A stretch of DNA of 64,000 bases from Mobula hypostoma (Eukaryota), in assembly GCF_963921235.1 (NCBI RefSeq), contig NC_086108.1, positions 64,110,001 to 64,174,000 on the forward strand. Direction: 5' to 3'. Below are positions 49,536 through 62,200 of this stretch, piece after piece. The notes beneath the pieces are model-generated. The model had not been told where the DNA came from. It saw only the letters and a program-made list of their open reading frames with translations, and searched no databases. Within the stretch, counting starts at the first letter, position 1, and each line of letters opens with the position of its first letter. The position numbers and the translations under genes are program-made.

Positions 49536-51749
49536 CTATCAACTGGAATTGTTGGACCTCTAGTGTTTGTTCTTCCCTTGGAGCTGTCTCCTTCTGTCCT
49601 ACTCCTGAGCTGTAGAAGCACCAGTGCACTAGAGTATAAAGAAACCTGCATTGCCAAAAGGGGAAAAGCTTGTCTGCATAATTCCGATTTGTTGGGTAAA
49701 CTGCTGTCAACATCAAATACTGCAATACTCTCTAGCTCTTAACACCTGTTCTCCTAAATAACACTATTTTACATTGCTGCATTTGGGAGTATTCTGATTT
49801 TAAGAACCTGCAGAAATATGTAACCAATTAGTTTTTGTCCCCCCAGTTGAATTCATAAGATCTGCTAAGCTGAATTCAATAGCTAGGAATTCAATAAGAA
49901 CTATTATATATGTAACATAAAATATCAACGTAATCTTTTCCATATTAAAGGAAAGTTAAAAGGCATTGTTACCTTTTTGGAAATAGAATTTTCATGGTTT
50001 AGTTCTTCCTATTCTATGCCATAATACCATCAAACAAAAGCTACACAGTAATGAATAATAATGAATAATTATTTTTCAAGAATTGGCATAATCATAAAAT
50101 CACAAAAACACCAAGAATCTCTGTCTAACAAAACTACACAAGCAGAAGAGGTTTTTGTTTTGACATAACCATAATGTGACAAATAGTAATATAATGCAGG
50201 ACAGAACATGGAAAAATATTATTTGGATAATTTACAGTTTATTGTTTATTAATAATAAGTGATGCTAAAATTATGGTCAAATTAGAACTCATAAATATTT
50301 ATTGGTTTTCAATTTTAGTTTTTTGGCAGTATATGTTTCATATCCTTCCTTCTGCACATTAAGGTCCCAGGTGAGGTTGGCATACCTACCTGTCCCACCA
50401 TATGTGTGTGGGCTCAGTTATCAGCTGATGTATCACTAGAGGGGGTTCTTATATTTGGATTTTAAGCTTCCAACACGCCAATCTAATTTCCTTCGAAGCA
50501 GATTCACCTTTTACCTGCCAGTGCATAAGTATAAGCAGCCCTGTGATTGGAGCTAATTATTATCATGTACACTCTCAATTCATTCTATTGGTTGAAGATT
50601 TAATGTGAGAACCATTTAGAATAAAATATTAGAAGGAAGGGATAAAACCATTGTTAAATGGTGATGTTCTGTTCTGTACTAAAAGGTAACCATTGTCATG
50701 CTTTCTCAATGGCATCACACTGCATAATTGTCTCCTTCAAGTAATTAATTTCTTTTCCAGTGAATCAACCTTTGATCTTAGTGTTGTTTAAAAATATCAC
50801 TTTGTAATATGAAGATTTTCAGTCCCATCATCAAGACCTTTTGTGTGGGATCAAGCTGGGATGAAAGGGATATTTCTTTAGCACATTACATCAAAAAAAT
50901 GAGAGTACGTCATTTTAAAAGCTTAAGATATTGTAAGTTTGTACTAGCAGATTTTATTTTATTTTATAAAAATGCACACATACTTACATAAATAGTTAAA
51001 AATTTCATTTCTGAAGGAGTAAGCATCTGGTTTTGTGGCAACAGAATGGTGACTTCCAGCACTGTAGCAGCTGCTGTCACATTCTACATGAGAGCATATT
51101 TGCAGCATCTTGTCTCAGCCACACATCAGTGCCCACTCCTGCTGCCTTTATCCCAGAGGATAGCCCAACACCTGCTACTGGCAACAGGCCCTACCTTGAG
51201 GGAACAAACGTTCCATTGCTGCTGGGTGATAGAACAGGACAGACTCTACCTTTCACGTGCACTGGCTAAAGACACCTTGGGGCTTCATGCACCCTCTACT
51301 TTCCCCATATGGCTGTCATTTCAGGTAGAATGGGTTTTATTAGTGAGTTGCATGCACAGCTTATATCAACTGGGATGTATATTGATTTGCAGATGCATGT
51401 GGAATTGAGGCACCTACTGTATGTGCATAGTCATAATGAAATAATGATATAATATTCTACAATGTTAAAATGTACTTTAATAACACCATTCAATATATTA
51501 AAACAGTCTTTGGAGGATTTCTCACAATTAATTTTGAATATACAAGATATTAAATAATGTATTTAATATTATTCACTCATTCATATTATTCACAAAATAC
51601 AATATATCAATACAAACTCCAGGTTTGTCAATAACTGGTGGCTACTATTATTTCCATGAAAATATAGGTAAAAATTTGACCATGATATCAATTGTTAATT
51701 GGTTTTCAGAAACACTGTTATGAACACAATACACCTGAAGAAGAACAAT

Positions 51750-52128
51750 TACTTTATACTTTATACTTCATTGTCACCAAACAATTGATGCTAGAACGTA
51801 CAATCATCACAGCAATATTTGATTCTGTGCTTCCCACTCCCTGGATTACAAATCGATAGTAAATATTAAAAATTTAAATTATAAATCATAAATAGAAAAT
51901 AGAAAAATGGAAAGTAAGGTAGTGCAAAAAAACCGAGAGGCAGGTCCGGATATTTGGAGGGTACGGCCCAGATCCGGGTCAGGATCTGTTCAGCAGTCTT
52001 ATCACAGTTGGAAAGAAGTTGTTCCCAAATCTGGTAAGCTCCTGAGCCTTCTCCCGGAGGGAAGAGGGACAAAAAGTGTGTTGGATGGGTGGGTCGTGTC
52101 CTTGATTATCCTGGCAGCCCTGCTCCGA
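51750..52128 (-). mobile_element. Rex1/Babar 3' end
   Basis: The minus strand gives RAARIIKDTTHPSNTLFVPLPSGRRLR...FGNNFFPTVIRLLN. (TACTTTA)n tail. ACAATT flanks both sides. Confidence 0.85.
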
Positions 52129-53153
52129 CAATTGATCAGTAAAGCTCTTAAAATAGAAAAAAAATGCAACTGTATAGTTTTAATAGATACTTCAGAGTTA
52201 TTTCAAGCCTGTATTGGCTGTAACATCTAAGTAGATTCTGATGTTTCATTTCCTCAATCAGATCGCTGGGATACAATACCAAGTCAAACTTCTTGCCCAC
52301 ACAAAGCATTGGTGCTCACCTGCTTCCAACTTCTGTTTATTAATTCCCACTTGTGATAGTATGCTACTTTGCCACATTCAAAGTTGCAGGAATATTTTAA
52401 ACTCCTCTAATCTATGAGTTACTAATGACTGAGACATTCGTGCACGGCTGACCTTTTTATAAAGCCTGTTCAATGTCAACTATCTGTATGTGAACCATTA
52501 ATTATAGAAACGAAAATGTCAAGTACCTGAAGATGTACTTTATGTAAATGCAGATAGTTTTTTTAATCATTATTAGCATTTTTCAATAGACTAAAATTTG
52601 TCACTATAATGATACAGGTTAAATTAAGTCGAATTTTTAAATTTTAAAAATATTGAATTCGTGACCTGTCCCAGGAATATCCAGACCACTTTATGCTTTG
52701 AACTAAAATCAGAGTCAATCTGAATCAGAATTGAGGACCAAAGGACTGTTTAACCACCTATATATTTACTTATTAGATTATGCTAATTACAATCCTAATG
52801 AGTTTTTAAATGCTGCACAACATAAATCTGCACGTGAATGTCAGCTTTCAGGACAAAAGTACAGCACAAATAAGAATTGACAATATGCTACATAAATGGT
52901 GAAAATTATTGTCACAAATCTGCAGACAGATTAAAAGTAAAAATGAAAATCCAAAAACCTCAATAGGCTGTATTAACAGAAATACTGACTAGGTCACTCA
53001 GAATCAGTGCAGATAAACAAATAAATATAATTTAAAATGGGATAAACAAACAGAAGGAGACATGCAAAGTTCTTCAGCAAAAAAATAGGAAGATTTTAGA
53101 TGGATTAAATGGTGTTAAAGTGCATGCAAATATATTTATATATTTTATATTTA

Positions 53154-56052
53154 TGCAACCCTCTCACTGGGCCCATATGCAAACTTGGCTTAATAGCTAA
53201 CTCGGCTAAAAGCCATGGGACTCAGCAGTGAGAAAGCCACCTTTATAAACAATATACGTCTAGGGTCGGTATGATTTGGGGTTCATCCAAACAGGAATGT
53301 TGTGATTTGACCAAATGCTGTTTAAATACTGCCCATACACAATTATCAGTTGGGAAGAAATGGTATACCGCATAAATTTTAAAGTATATTTGCTGATTTC
53401 AGAAATATCAAGCAGTTAGTAGGAAAAAGAAAACAAGAGAGTCTATTACGAATGAACCTGTCCAATGTGCACATAACCGTGGCAGCTCACACTGGAGTAC
53501 TCAGTCGTGTATCTCTTACTCACCCACTGGACCAACAGTGTATGTGAAAACACCTGCCACATTTTTGAACTTCCCTAAGGACCATTTCAAGCAATTGGCT
53601 CTCTCTCAGGAGTATTGTCCTTCCTCCTTGGAGCCATTCATCTGCACAAAGCACTTCTCGCAATGGAGACTCTCCTTCCAAAGCATTCTGCAGCATCTTT
53701 CCTTCAGCCCCGCTCCGCAGCTCCCACCAGAGGACCTTGAACCAGATTACCATTGTTTTCTTCTTTTCTCCTCAGTTTGAATTAACAGCTGACTTATTTT
53801 TCAAAGATTTTCCTGCCCTTCACAGTCTCGCTTGAAATGTCCGTCTTCTCCACAGTTGTAACAGGAAATACTGGTCACCTCTTTAGTCAAGAAGCCCTTT
53901 TCAGCAGCAATCCTCTGCATCGTAAGTCCCACAGGTTAGTCAGGTTTCTCAATGGACTTACCACATTTAGCTGAAACATTAGCATACATCCATCGAATCA
54001 GCTCAGCTCAAAGGTTTTCCACCTCATTCCTCAAAAGCTCTGTCTCTGTGACAGCAGGGGTCACTTTAGTAGCAGAGACCACCATTAAAGACACTACTTG
54101 GCTTTTGGAAATGTTCTGCTTCTCAATCATGTTTTCATTTTCTCTAGCTTCTCTGAGTAACTAGGTAAAAGATGGAGGAGGGCACATCTTGCGGGTTATT
54201 CGAATACGTAGAGCAATCACGTCACATGACAATGTGCCCTTCACAACTTGTTCCAAACTCAAGCAATTTCTTTCAGACAGTTGAATATCTTCTTGTGGCA
54301 CAAATAATGCAGCAGTTTCTCCAATCTGAAAAGGTGGGCAGACCCTTCTCTCCTTCCTCCTGGAATGTGTGCCTAAACTTCATCCTAAGATCGGCTGCAC
54401 TTTCAACAATGCCAAAAGCATTTTCCAGTACTTGCAAGTAATTAGCTGATATCGCTATACTGTTTTATGCCTTTAGGAACCTCACTGTATCAGCTGCTAG
54501 AATCTTTAAACTCTCTACCAGCCTCTGTGTTTTTTTCATATTATCTGAGAACTGCCATTCATCCATGAACTGAGATATTTGCTATACCCAAACCTCAAAC
54601 TTATCTTCCCCGTCAGCAGTGGGCTTGACTCCAGAGAACACTCCCAGACTATGATAACTTTGGCATTTATCAAACAGTGATGTAATTACTGAAACCAGCT
54701 CAGAATTTCCATCATCCGCTGAAGGACCCATTAGACTTTTCACATCAGATAAATCCTTTCCCTCATTTTGCAGAAATGAGAATATCTTGTCTTTAAAGAC
54801 TTCACCATCCTTCCACCCTTCTCTAAAAGTATGGGCTTCCCACGGCCCCTCCTCTCCAGGGTCTCCTAACGTATCGGGCAGTGCAGCTTCAGTTACGTCA
54901 CCACTGGTCTATACTAACATCCTTACCAGCTGATTGGTCAAAGTGCCATTCAATCAACATAACTTTCCCCAAAACTTTTACTGAACGCAGCACTCTGAGT
55001 AACAGTTCATTGGGACTTCGAACATCCACCCTGCTCAGAATACAGCATTACTTATGGATAATCTCTTCAAATCACACCAAATTTAATCCCTGTGGTGTCC
55101 ATAATAAAGTATATTAATCACTTTTCTTGACACTAGTTTAAACACAGGATTAAATACACAAACCATATAATCAATCCTAAAAGAGCATTCAATCTCCAGA
55201 TGAAGACCCAATAAAATGCAACCCTCTCACCAGGCCCGTATGCAAACTTGGCTTGATAGCTAGCTCGACTAAGAGACACAGGACACAGCGGTGAGAAGAG
55301 TTGCTATGATTTGGGGTTCAACCAAACAGCAAAGTTGGGATGTTCTGATTAACGGGACCTCGATTTGAGCAAATGCTGTGTAAATACTGCCCATACAAAA
55401 TTATCAGTTGGCAAGAAATAACAGATCGTACACCGCACAGAATTATAAAGAAAGTATACTTTCCAATTTCAACTTTATCAAACAGTTAATAGGAAAACGA
55501 AAAGAAGAGAAAAGGGCCCATTACAGTTAAACCAGTCCAATGTGCACATAACCGTTGAGCTCATACTGGAGTATTCGGGGGTATATCTCTTTACTCACAC
55601 GCTGGACCCACGGTCAGCGTGAAAACACCTGCCACATTTTTGAACTCTCCTTGAAGACCATCTTGAACAAACTGGTTCTCTCTTTCTCTCAGGAGCATTG
55701 CCTTTCATCCTTGGAGCCATTCATCTGCACCAAGAACTTTTGGCAATGTGGACTGTCCTTCCGATGGCATTCTGTGGCATCTTCTCTTCTGTCCTGCTCT
55801 GCAAGTCCTGCCAAAAGACTAGAACCTTTTCTCATATCCCACAGTCTTGATTGGCTGAGTCACATTCCTAAGCTGGACAACATGGCACCTTATCTTAGCT
55901 GAAGCCAAAACACACTTTCCAGCCTGGCATGCTGCTTTGATAGAAAACTGCTAAAATAAACTACCTCACAGCATAGCAGTATAAATCTTAACCAGGGCAT
56001 TACATGAACCTATTTCCCCTGGGATCAATAAAGTATGACTATGACTACTACA
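53154..56052 (-). mobile_element. Gypsy LTR element retaining only gag: 5' LTR 55217-56004, partial 3' LTR 53154-about 53750, pol deleted
   Basis: Direct repeats start TGCAACCCTCTCAC at 53154 and 55217. The LTR ends ...CATTACA. A degenerate tRNA-Pro-like PBS (minus TGGGTCTTCATCTGGAGAT) lies at about 55192-55210. TTTA flanks both ends (53150-53153, 56053-56056). Confidence 0.88.
53790..55102 (-). pseudogene. PNMA-like Gypsy gag with a CCHC zinc knuckle (frameshifted)
   Basis: YHSLGVFSGVKPTADGEDKFEVW, YLQVLENAFGIVESAADLRMKFRHTFQEEGE, and CYNCGEDGHFKRDC at 53822-53863. Confidence 0.85.
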
Positions 56053-56059
56053 TTTATAT

Positions 56060-56212
56060 ATACATTTGCACAGCTTGTTATTCATTAATATTGTTTAGTT
56101 ACTGTTTTATAGATTGGCTAAGTATGCTCACATGAAAAGAAACTCAGGGTTGTATGTGGTGACATGTATGTACTCTGATATTATATTTTACTTTGAACAT
56201 TGAACTTTGAAC
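56060..56212 (+). mobile_element. Retroposon 3' tail (Rex1/Babar-type)
   Basis: CTCAGGGTTGTATGTGGTGACATGTATGTACTCTGAT...(TTTGAAC)n tail. Confidence 0.6.
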
Positions 56213-57059
56213 ATTGGGGTATAACATAAACCATTAAAATAATGTAAAAATACTTATCTAAAATAATAAGTAGATAAACCCTTTTTAGTGCACATTGATA
56301 TTGGATTCATTTTTTCACTTGCAGTCTTCTGGGATTGAAGATAACTTGATTTAACTCCAGTTCTGTAGATTATGAGACGGTAGAAGAATCTTACATCGGA
56401 TCTGCAAACACTGACATAGGTGGAGCGGGTGATAATTGATGGGACTAGTGGAAATGGTCCTTGGGTTGTTGTTCACTCATCTTCCTTCTTGCAGTTGGTC
56501 TCTGACCGTTTTTGTCTTTGAGACTCAATGCCCTAGGAAAAAACCTCTAACCATCCACATGATCAATGCCTCTCATCATCTTATGCACCTCTTTCAGGTC
56601 ACCTCTCATACTCCGCCGCTCCAAGCACAAGGACCAAAAACTCAATTTAGGATTAGAAAAAATGTGAACTATCTGTTAGAGCCTCATACAATAACTGGAA
56701 TCACCAACAAAGTTATAGATTTTGCATTGAAACCCTAAGGATAATGTATATCATGTACCTACTATTTAATTGGAATAAACAATGTCTCATTCAAGAGCAA
56801 ATATCAGACTAACAGTGCGGAGGGACAAAGACAAGGTTGGAAAAGTAGGACTGCCTACTTTCAATATGCCTATGAAATCTGATCTCGTGTGAAATTGTGT
56901 TGTGAATGAGCAAAACATAAATTAGGATCATAGGTTGTAGACTTCAACTGTAACAATAGATAAAAAATGAAGCATATTCACAAGATGTTTTGTCTGCAGA
57001 TAGAAGGAAAGCTAAAAGTTGAACTAACTGATGAAAACAGAGAAAAGCATTGATGGTGG

Positions 57060-57700
57060 GTAATATTGGTAACCATGTCATTTGCCAGCCGAAAGGAGTG
57101 CTAGAGGTGGGCTGGAAGAGTAACGTAGACTGGAATGTACTTTGGCCTTTTTGAGGAGCTGCTTGATGACAGTGTTTCTGAGATAGTGTGAGAAATGGTG
57201 GGTATTTGAAATCTTAATTAGTAGGAAGACTGTGAATAGAAGAGGTGGGTGGAGATTAAGATTGGATATTAGAAAGGCAACTGTTTTGTTGGAATAGAAT
57301 TGAGCTGATGGCAGATGATTTTTAAGAGCAGGAGAGCCGGAGGACAGAAAAACAAGCAAGATCAAGGCTGAGGTTGGTGGGGACCTGCTGAGAAATTTGT
57401 CCTTGTAACTCAGAGATGGAACTGAAGTATCAATTGAATGGATAGCCTTGCACTTAATGACTGAAACCCACAAGCTCTTTCCCCCTGTGGAACGTGAGAA
57501 TGGAGGGTATGGTGGTAGAGTTTGAACATAATGATAGATGGAAGAGAAAAGAGCTAGTGCTGGAAGGTGGAACTATTGCTGCTCTGATGAGTCATACTAG
57601 AGTAATGAACCTTAGCAATGGAGAATAAGGTCTATATGCTTCTTTGTTGTCTGTGGTGATGGATAGTTAAACCAGTTGCTAGCAGTCTGCAGTCAGTTCC
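57060..57700 (-). mobile_element. Very old L2-like LINE remnant
   Basis: Purine-rich plus strand. Minus NTVIKQLLKK resembles the L2 AVIxPLLKK motif. Weak evidence. Confidence 0.35.
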
Positions 57701-58249
57701 TTTACAGAACATTTCTTTGGTCATTCTAAATTTAATAATATTAGATGTTCTCTGCTACTAAGGTATTAGAATTACAACATACTCTTCCATAGATGAAATA
57801 ACTGGTATGTATGGTGAGACGTTGAAAACGAGAACTTGATAACATAAGAGAATGATAAGGAACCTGAGAATGATATGAATTAATTACACAAGAAAGAAAG
57901 GAATAATAGGAAATGCAGATACAATAAGATGAGGTAGGATTGAAAGGGTTTCCTCGGACACATAAAATTTGCAGTCTTTAGTGAGCCAACCACACTTACC
58001 ATTGACCTACAGAGTTGAACACCTTAGGTCACTGCAGGGCCCTCCATCGTGAACCACTTCATGTCCGAAGACAGAAAAAGCTCCTGCCATGAAAGTATAT
58101 TCTCTGGCGATCAATCTGTTAAATCATGAGGAGCTTTTATATATTTCTACCGGGGGAATGGTAAAATCAAAATGCACAAAAAACAATTTTTTAAACAAGT
58201 ATTTAAATTCAAATATTTTTAACCCAAGCCCAGTATCATAACATAGTCC

Positions 58250-58835
58250 TTCTTCTGCTTAAGCAGATCCTTAGGATCAACAATGATTTAATTCCACTCC
58301 TATCTTCTGACTTCTAAATTTGCTGATGAGGACAATGTGAACTCTTCCCCAGAGAAGAGTGATTGATGTGTGTTTTATGAGGTGACGGGCTCCTTCCATA
58401 GTTTCTGCCATTGTAATTGTGTTATCCAAAGGCATGGACTCAAGGTTCTTAATACCATTTTTCTCCATTTTGGGAAGTCGTAGTCAAGAGATTGCCTAGA
58501 ATCAATGGTTAGTTACATTTTCTCATGGAGGCTTTAAGCACGTCCTTAAATTTGGCATTCTGTCTGTCCAGTAACTCCTTCCCATGATAGAGACTGGAAT
58601 TAAACGTCTGTTCTAGAAGTTTGCTGTTGATATTACAAATTACGTAGCCAGATTAATGTTGCTGACTGACTGTAACTGGGAATATTAGCCTGGAAGAGGT
58701 CACTGACAATGTAGTCACAGCAAACATCCATGAAAATTCTGAATTCCACAGGGCCACGCAAGGAATTTCTTGCATTTCCCTCCAAGATGTAATAAATGAG
58801 CTGTTTGCCTTGCTACACATTTCCAGCAGGCTCAA
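58250..58835 (-). mobile_element. Old RTE-BovB-like LINE 3' region
   Basis: The minus strand gives SKLLEQTFNSSLYHGK...KFKDVLKASMRKCN and IVLISKFRSQKIGVE, matching the RTE C-terminus (RLPKQ.FYSEL..GKR...RFKD.LK; IGL.SHLR.H). Confidence 0.6.
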
Positions 58836-59854
58836 TAGGGCAGAATAGGCTCAATATTTAGAAGGACACCAAAAAATTTGCCCCACTACTTTTTGCCAGT
58901 CGTAGAAGGCTGGACTTAGAACAAAAATAAATCCCTATTAAATAAAAACTGAAAGAATATCAGTTTTTATTTAACAGAGCAATGGAGCAGAATTTTGATG
59001 GAACAAGTACTACTAATAGTCAGGTTATGGCAATTACTGTTAATACTTCGCTGACCTAAATAGAGTAATTAATACAACAGATAATTATTTAAAACATTAG
59101 AAAAAATTAACGTTGTACTCCTCCCCAAACTGTGGACCTTATTGCTATTGGAATTGCTGTGGGTAGTGCTGATTAGGCTGTACATTAATGGGTTAATTCT
59201 CTAATTGGAATGCAGTACCAAATGCAGATTTGTAGCTTTCAGAATGCCTGAAGCCAAAATTAAAGTCACCTTCCATATGCCTCATAATGCAATGTTGAGA
59301 CATCTCAAAAAATTCTTGATTAGTCTCCCAAAACTAATTTCTTCAATGCCAGTTATCATTTCAGGAATCCAGGGACAAAAAGTTGTTCCACATTATAAAA
59401 TTTGTTTCTTTCTATATTTGCATATAGTTGGCTTTTTTTTGGGTCTGGTCACTTATACAGTAAATTTCTTAAATCAAAATAGCAATCAATCATAAAATAG
59501 TCGATGCGTCAGAGCAATGACAGGACTTTCATTGGGAATGTGATGTACATCTTTGATAGAAAAACCAAAAAAGAAGTCAAGCCAAGCATAAATCATGGAA
59601 GGGATTGCCCTTGATCATTTATTTTAACTGGTGATAATATTGTACTCTCTCAGTGCAGCACCATTTAAGTAATATTCCGAGGCATGATACGATTCTGTCA
59701 TATTCAATCAAGTTCTTGCCATGGATTGGAAGTGATATAATCTACAGACAAGCCCAGACCTATGATCCTTTCCTTATACTTGAAATGATACATGAAGAGG
59801 CCATTCATCACTTTGATTCTTGCCACCTTCCAAGCTGGCATTCCCATTAGTTCA

Positions 59855-60013
59855 TAAGACCGTAATACATAGGAGCAGAATTAGGCCATTCAGCCCATCG
59901 ACTTTGCTTTTCCATTCCATCATGGCTGATCCCAGATCCTGCTCAACCCCATGCATCTGCCTTCTCGCCATATCTTTTGATGCCCTGACCAATCAGGAAC
60001 GATCAACCTCCAA
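59855..60013 (-). mobile_element. CR1 3'UTR fragment, followed by a degenerate V-SINE-like piece to about 60250
   Basis: CATAGGAGCAGAATTAGGCCATTCAGCCCATCG...TTTGATGCCCTGACCAATCAGGAACGATCAACCTC. Confidence 0.8.
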
Positions 60014-62004
60014 TTAGACTTCATCTTATTTCCCAGTACCCTAATAACTTATCGTCTCTATGTACACCCATCGACTCCCTTTGTTTTTTTTTTCATCATT
60101 ACATGCACCAAGGGTTAACTTACAGTAGTCAATTAAGCAATAAGCATACAATTGGTGCAAAATCCCCTTAGACAGCACTTGAGGTCTCAAGTGACCGTGG
60201 CCTGTGGAGCTGAGAAACATTAGTAATATTTGTTGTTCTACCATGCCACCCATCTGGCAGGTATTTTAACAGTTAAATGATTGCCATTCTCCAAGTTGTA
60301 CTTGCAACCCATCGGAGTTAAGGTAAACCGAAACAACTGAGGCATCAGTTGAGATTGATGAGCTGAATCACTTCTGAGTGTGTGCTTCAGGAAGCATTAT
60401 TGGAACTGTAGAAGAGTTATTTTCTTGATGATCATCAGAGGTGGACATATCCTCTTAGCTTGAGACAATGTGATATGCAGAGAATAGGTTACTGCCGTAT
60501 ATTAAGAGGTTTTGCAATCAGTTGTTTTCCCTATTTGAAAGTCAGTGACATTGGAATACTTTGCCCTTTTTCTGATCCATTTCTCCATAGATGCCTTTCC
60601 CTATTGCATTATCAACTTGAATTAACACTTTAAAAGTGCCACAGAAACAACCAGGAGCCACCAAGCAGACAAACAAAATAGTCGCCTTAGTCTTGTCAAG
60701 TGCATAGTGGTTACCGACAACTCTTCCTCCTACCACTCCTGTCAGCGTCATTTCCATGGCCCCTTTCTGCATTTCTCATATGAAGGTGCATTCATCTAGC
60801 ACCAGTGCCTGTGTAAATTAGCTGACTTCACAATCTATATGGTGGAAGGTGACTAGAGATGGTTGAGACTGAAGAGAACATTTGGAGAGGAAATTTGAAG
60901 GGAATTATCATGGGCATTGCCAATACGAATTTTCAAGGACCTCAGATTTAAAGTCCAGCAACTTGATCCAAGCTGTCGACCTTGTACATATCAGCTTTGG
61001 AAATGCTGCTAAGGAGTTCCATCACTATGGTTGAAAGGGCAAAGAAGTCTACTTGTGCAATGTGATGGAATTTTCCACAGCAAAAGGACTGCCTTTTGCC
61101 TTGGAGCATGGGGTTACTATGAGTTGCGATGTGGTAACTTTGATACAAAATCAAATATTTGATATAGATTCAGGGCTCAATTCTGTGATTGATCTTAAAT
61201 ACCTTGAAAGAAGTTGACCAATTAATAGATGCTTCCACGAATAAAGACTTCTATATTCTGGCCTATCAGGGATAAACAATGAAACTAGCTCCATGTTGCA
61301 ATGGCACTGTGCCTTCATTAGGATCTCAGCACATTTGTACATTACAATTCCTGCAGCTAATTACCAGTATTCTGTCTCTATTACTGCTGGACTCCATGAC
61401 CCAGCTGGAAGATGGAGCACAGTGATCCTTATCCAATTTGTTGAATACTTGTTCATCAGCTCCAATGAACTCATGGTTTCATAGGAGCAAGCGCTGGCAG
61501 TGTTCCTTGTGGCTGTAAGAAACCAAAAAAAATCTAACAATAAAGTTACTATACACTGAGTCATTGGAAGCTACTGACATGATGAAGGAAGCACTGTACT
61601 CCACCAGAGATGAAGACCTTCACTGTTGCTCTAAATGCTAGTGGTGTAATGGGCAGTAGAGAGAGACACAAAGTTGTTAGATGTCAACTTAATTTTAGAT
61701 TATTTTTCAGTTGTAATTAAATTTATCATTTTCTTCACATTCTAGAATTTGGTAATTAGTGGTTAGCATCTTTACATTGGTATTGGTGGATGAATATTGT
61801 CAAAAAGATGCTGAAATGGAGATTGAATAAATAGTTTAACTGTCCTATAAAGCAGAGTTATGTAGTGATGGAAATAATAATCATACAATTTTCAGGGAAG
61901 TTGATGGGAAATTCAGTGAGAAGAATTCTTCATCATTTCATCCCAAGAGTCCCCAGGCCTTCTGGATGGCACTTCTTTAGGCTCAGCTGCTAATTTGGAG
62001 ACAC

Positions 62005-62200
62005 AAGAGATGGCAGATGAGGAAATGTGGCACAGATGCTGGAGGTCAGGCAGCATCCGTGGTAGGAAATGGGCAGTGGATGTTTCAAGTCACGATCCTT
62101 CACTTGCAGCATGGCTCTCAACATCCAATGAAGGGTCTCAACTGTCCATTTGCCTCCACAGGTGCTGCTTGACCCATTAAGTTCCATCAGCAAATTTTCT
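62005..62200. mobile_element. Old inverted pair of Penelope pseudo-LTR ends
   Basis: GGTCAGGCAGCATCCGTGGTAGGAAATGGGCAG ... CTGTCCATTTGCCTCCACAGGTGCTGCTTGACC. Confidence 0.65.

Noticed and set aside
51033..51408. Overlapping 78- and 120-aa ORFs, possibly Harbinger-like
   Set aside because: Only a faint RPY resemblance, with no TIR, TSD or catalytic motifs that I can support.
60290..61620. Possible very old RTE endonuclease/RT remnant
   Set aside because: Composition is suggestive, but I could not read diagnostic motifs with confidence.
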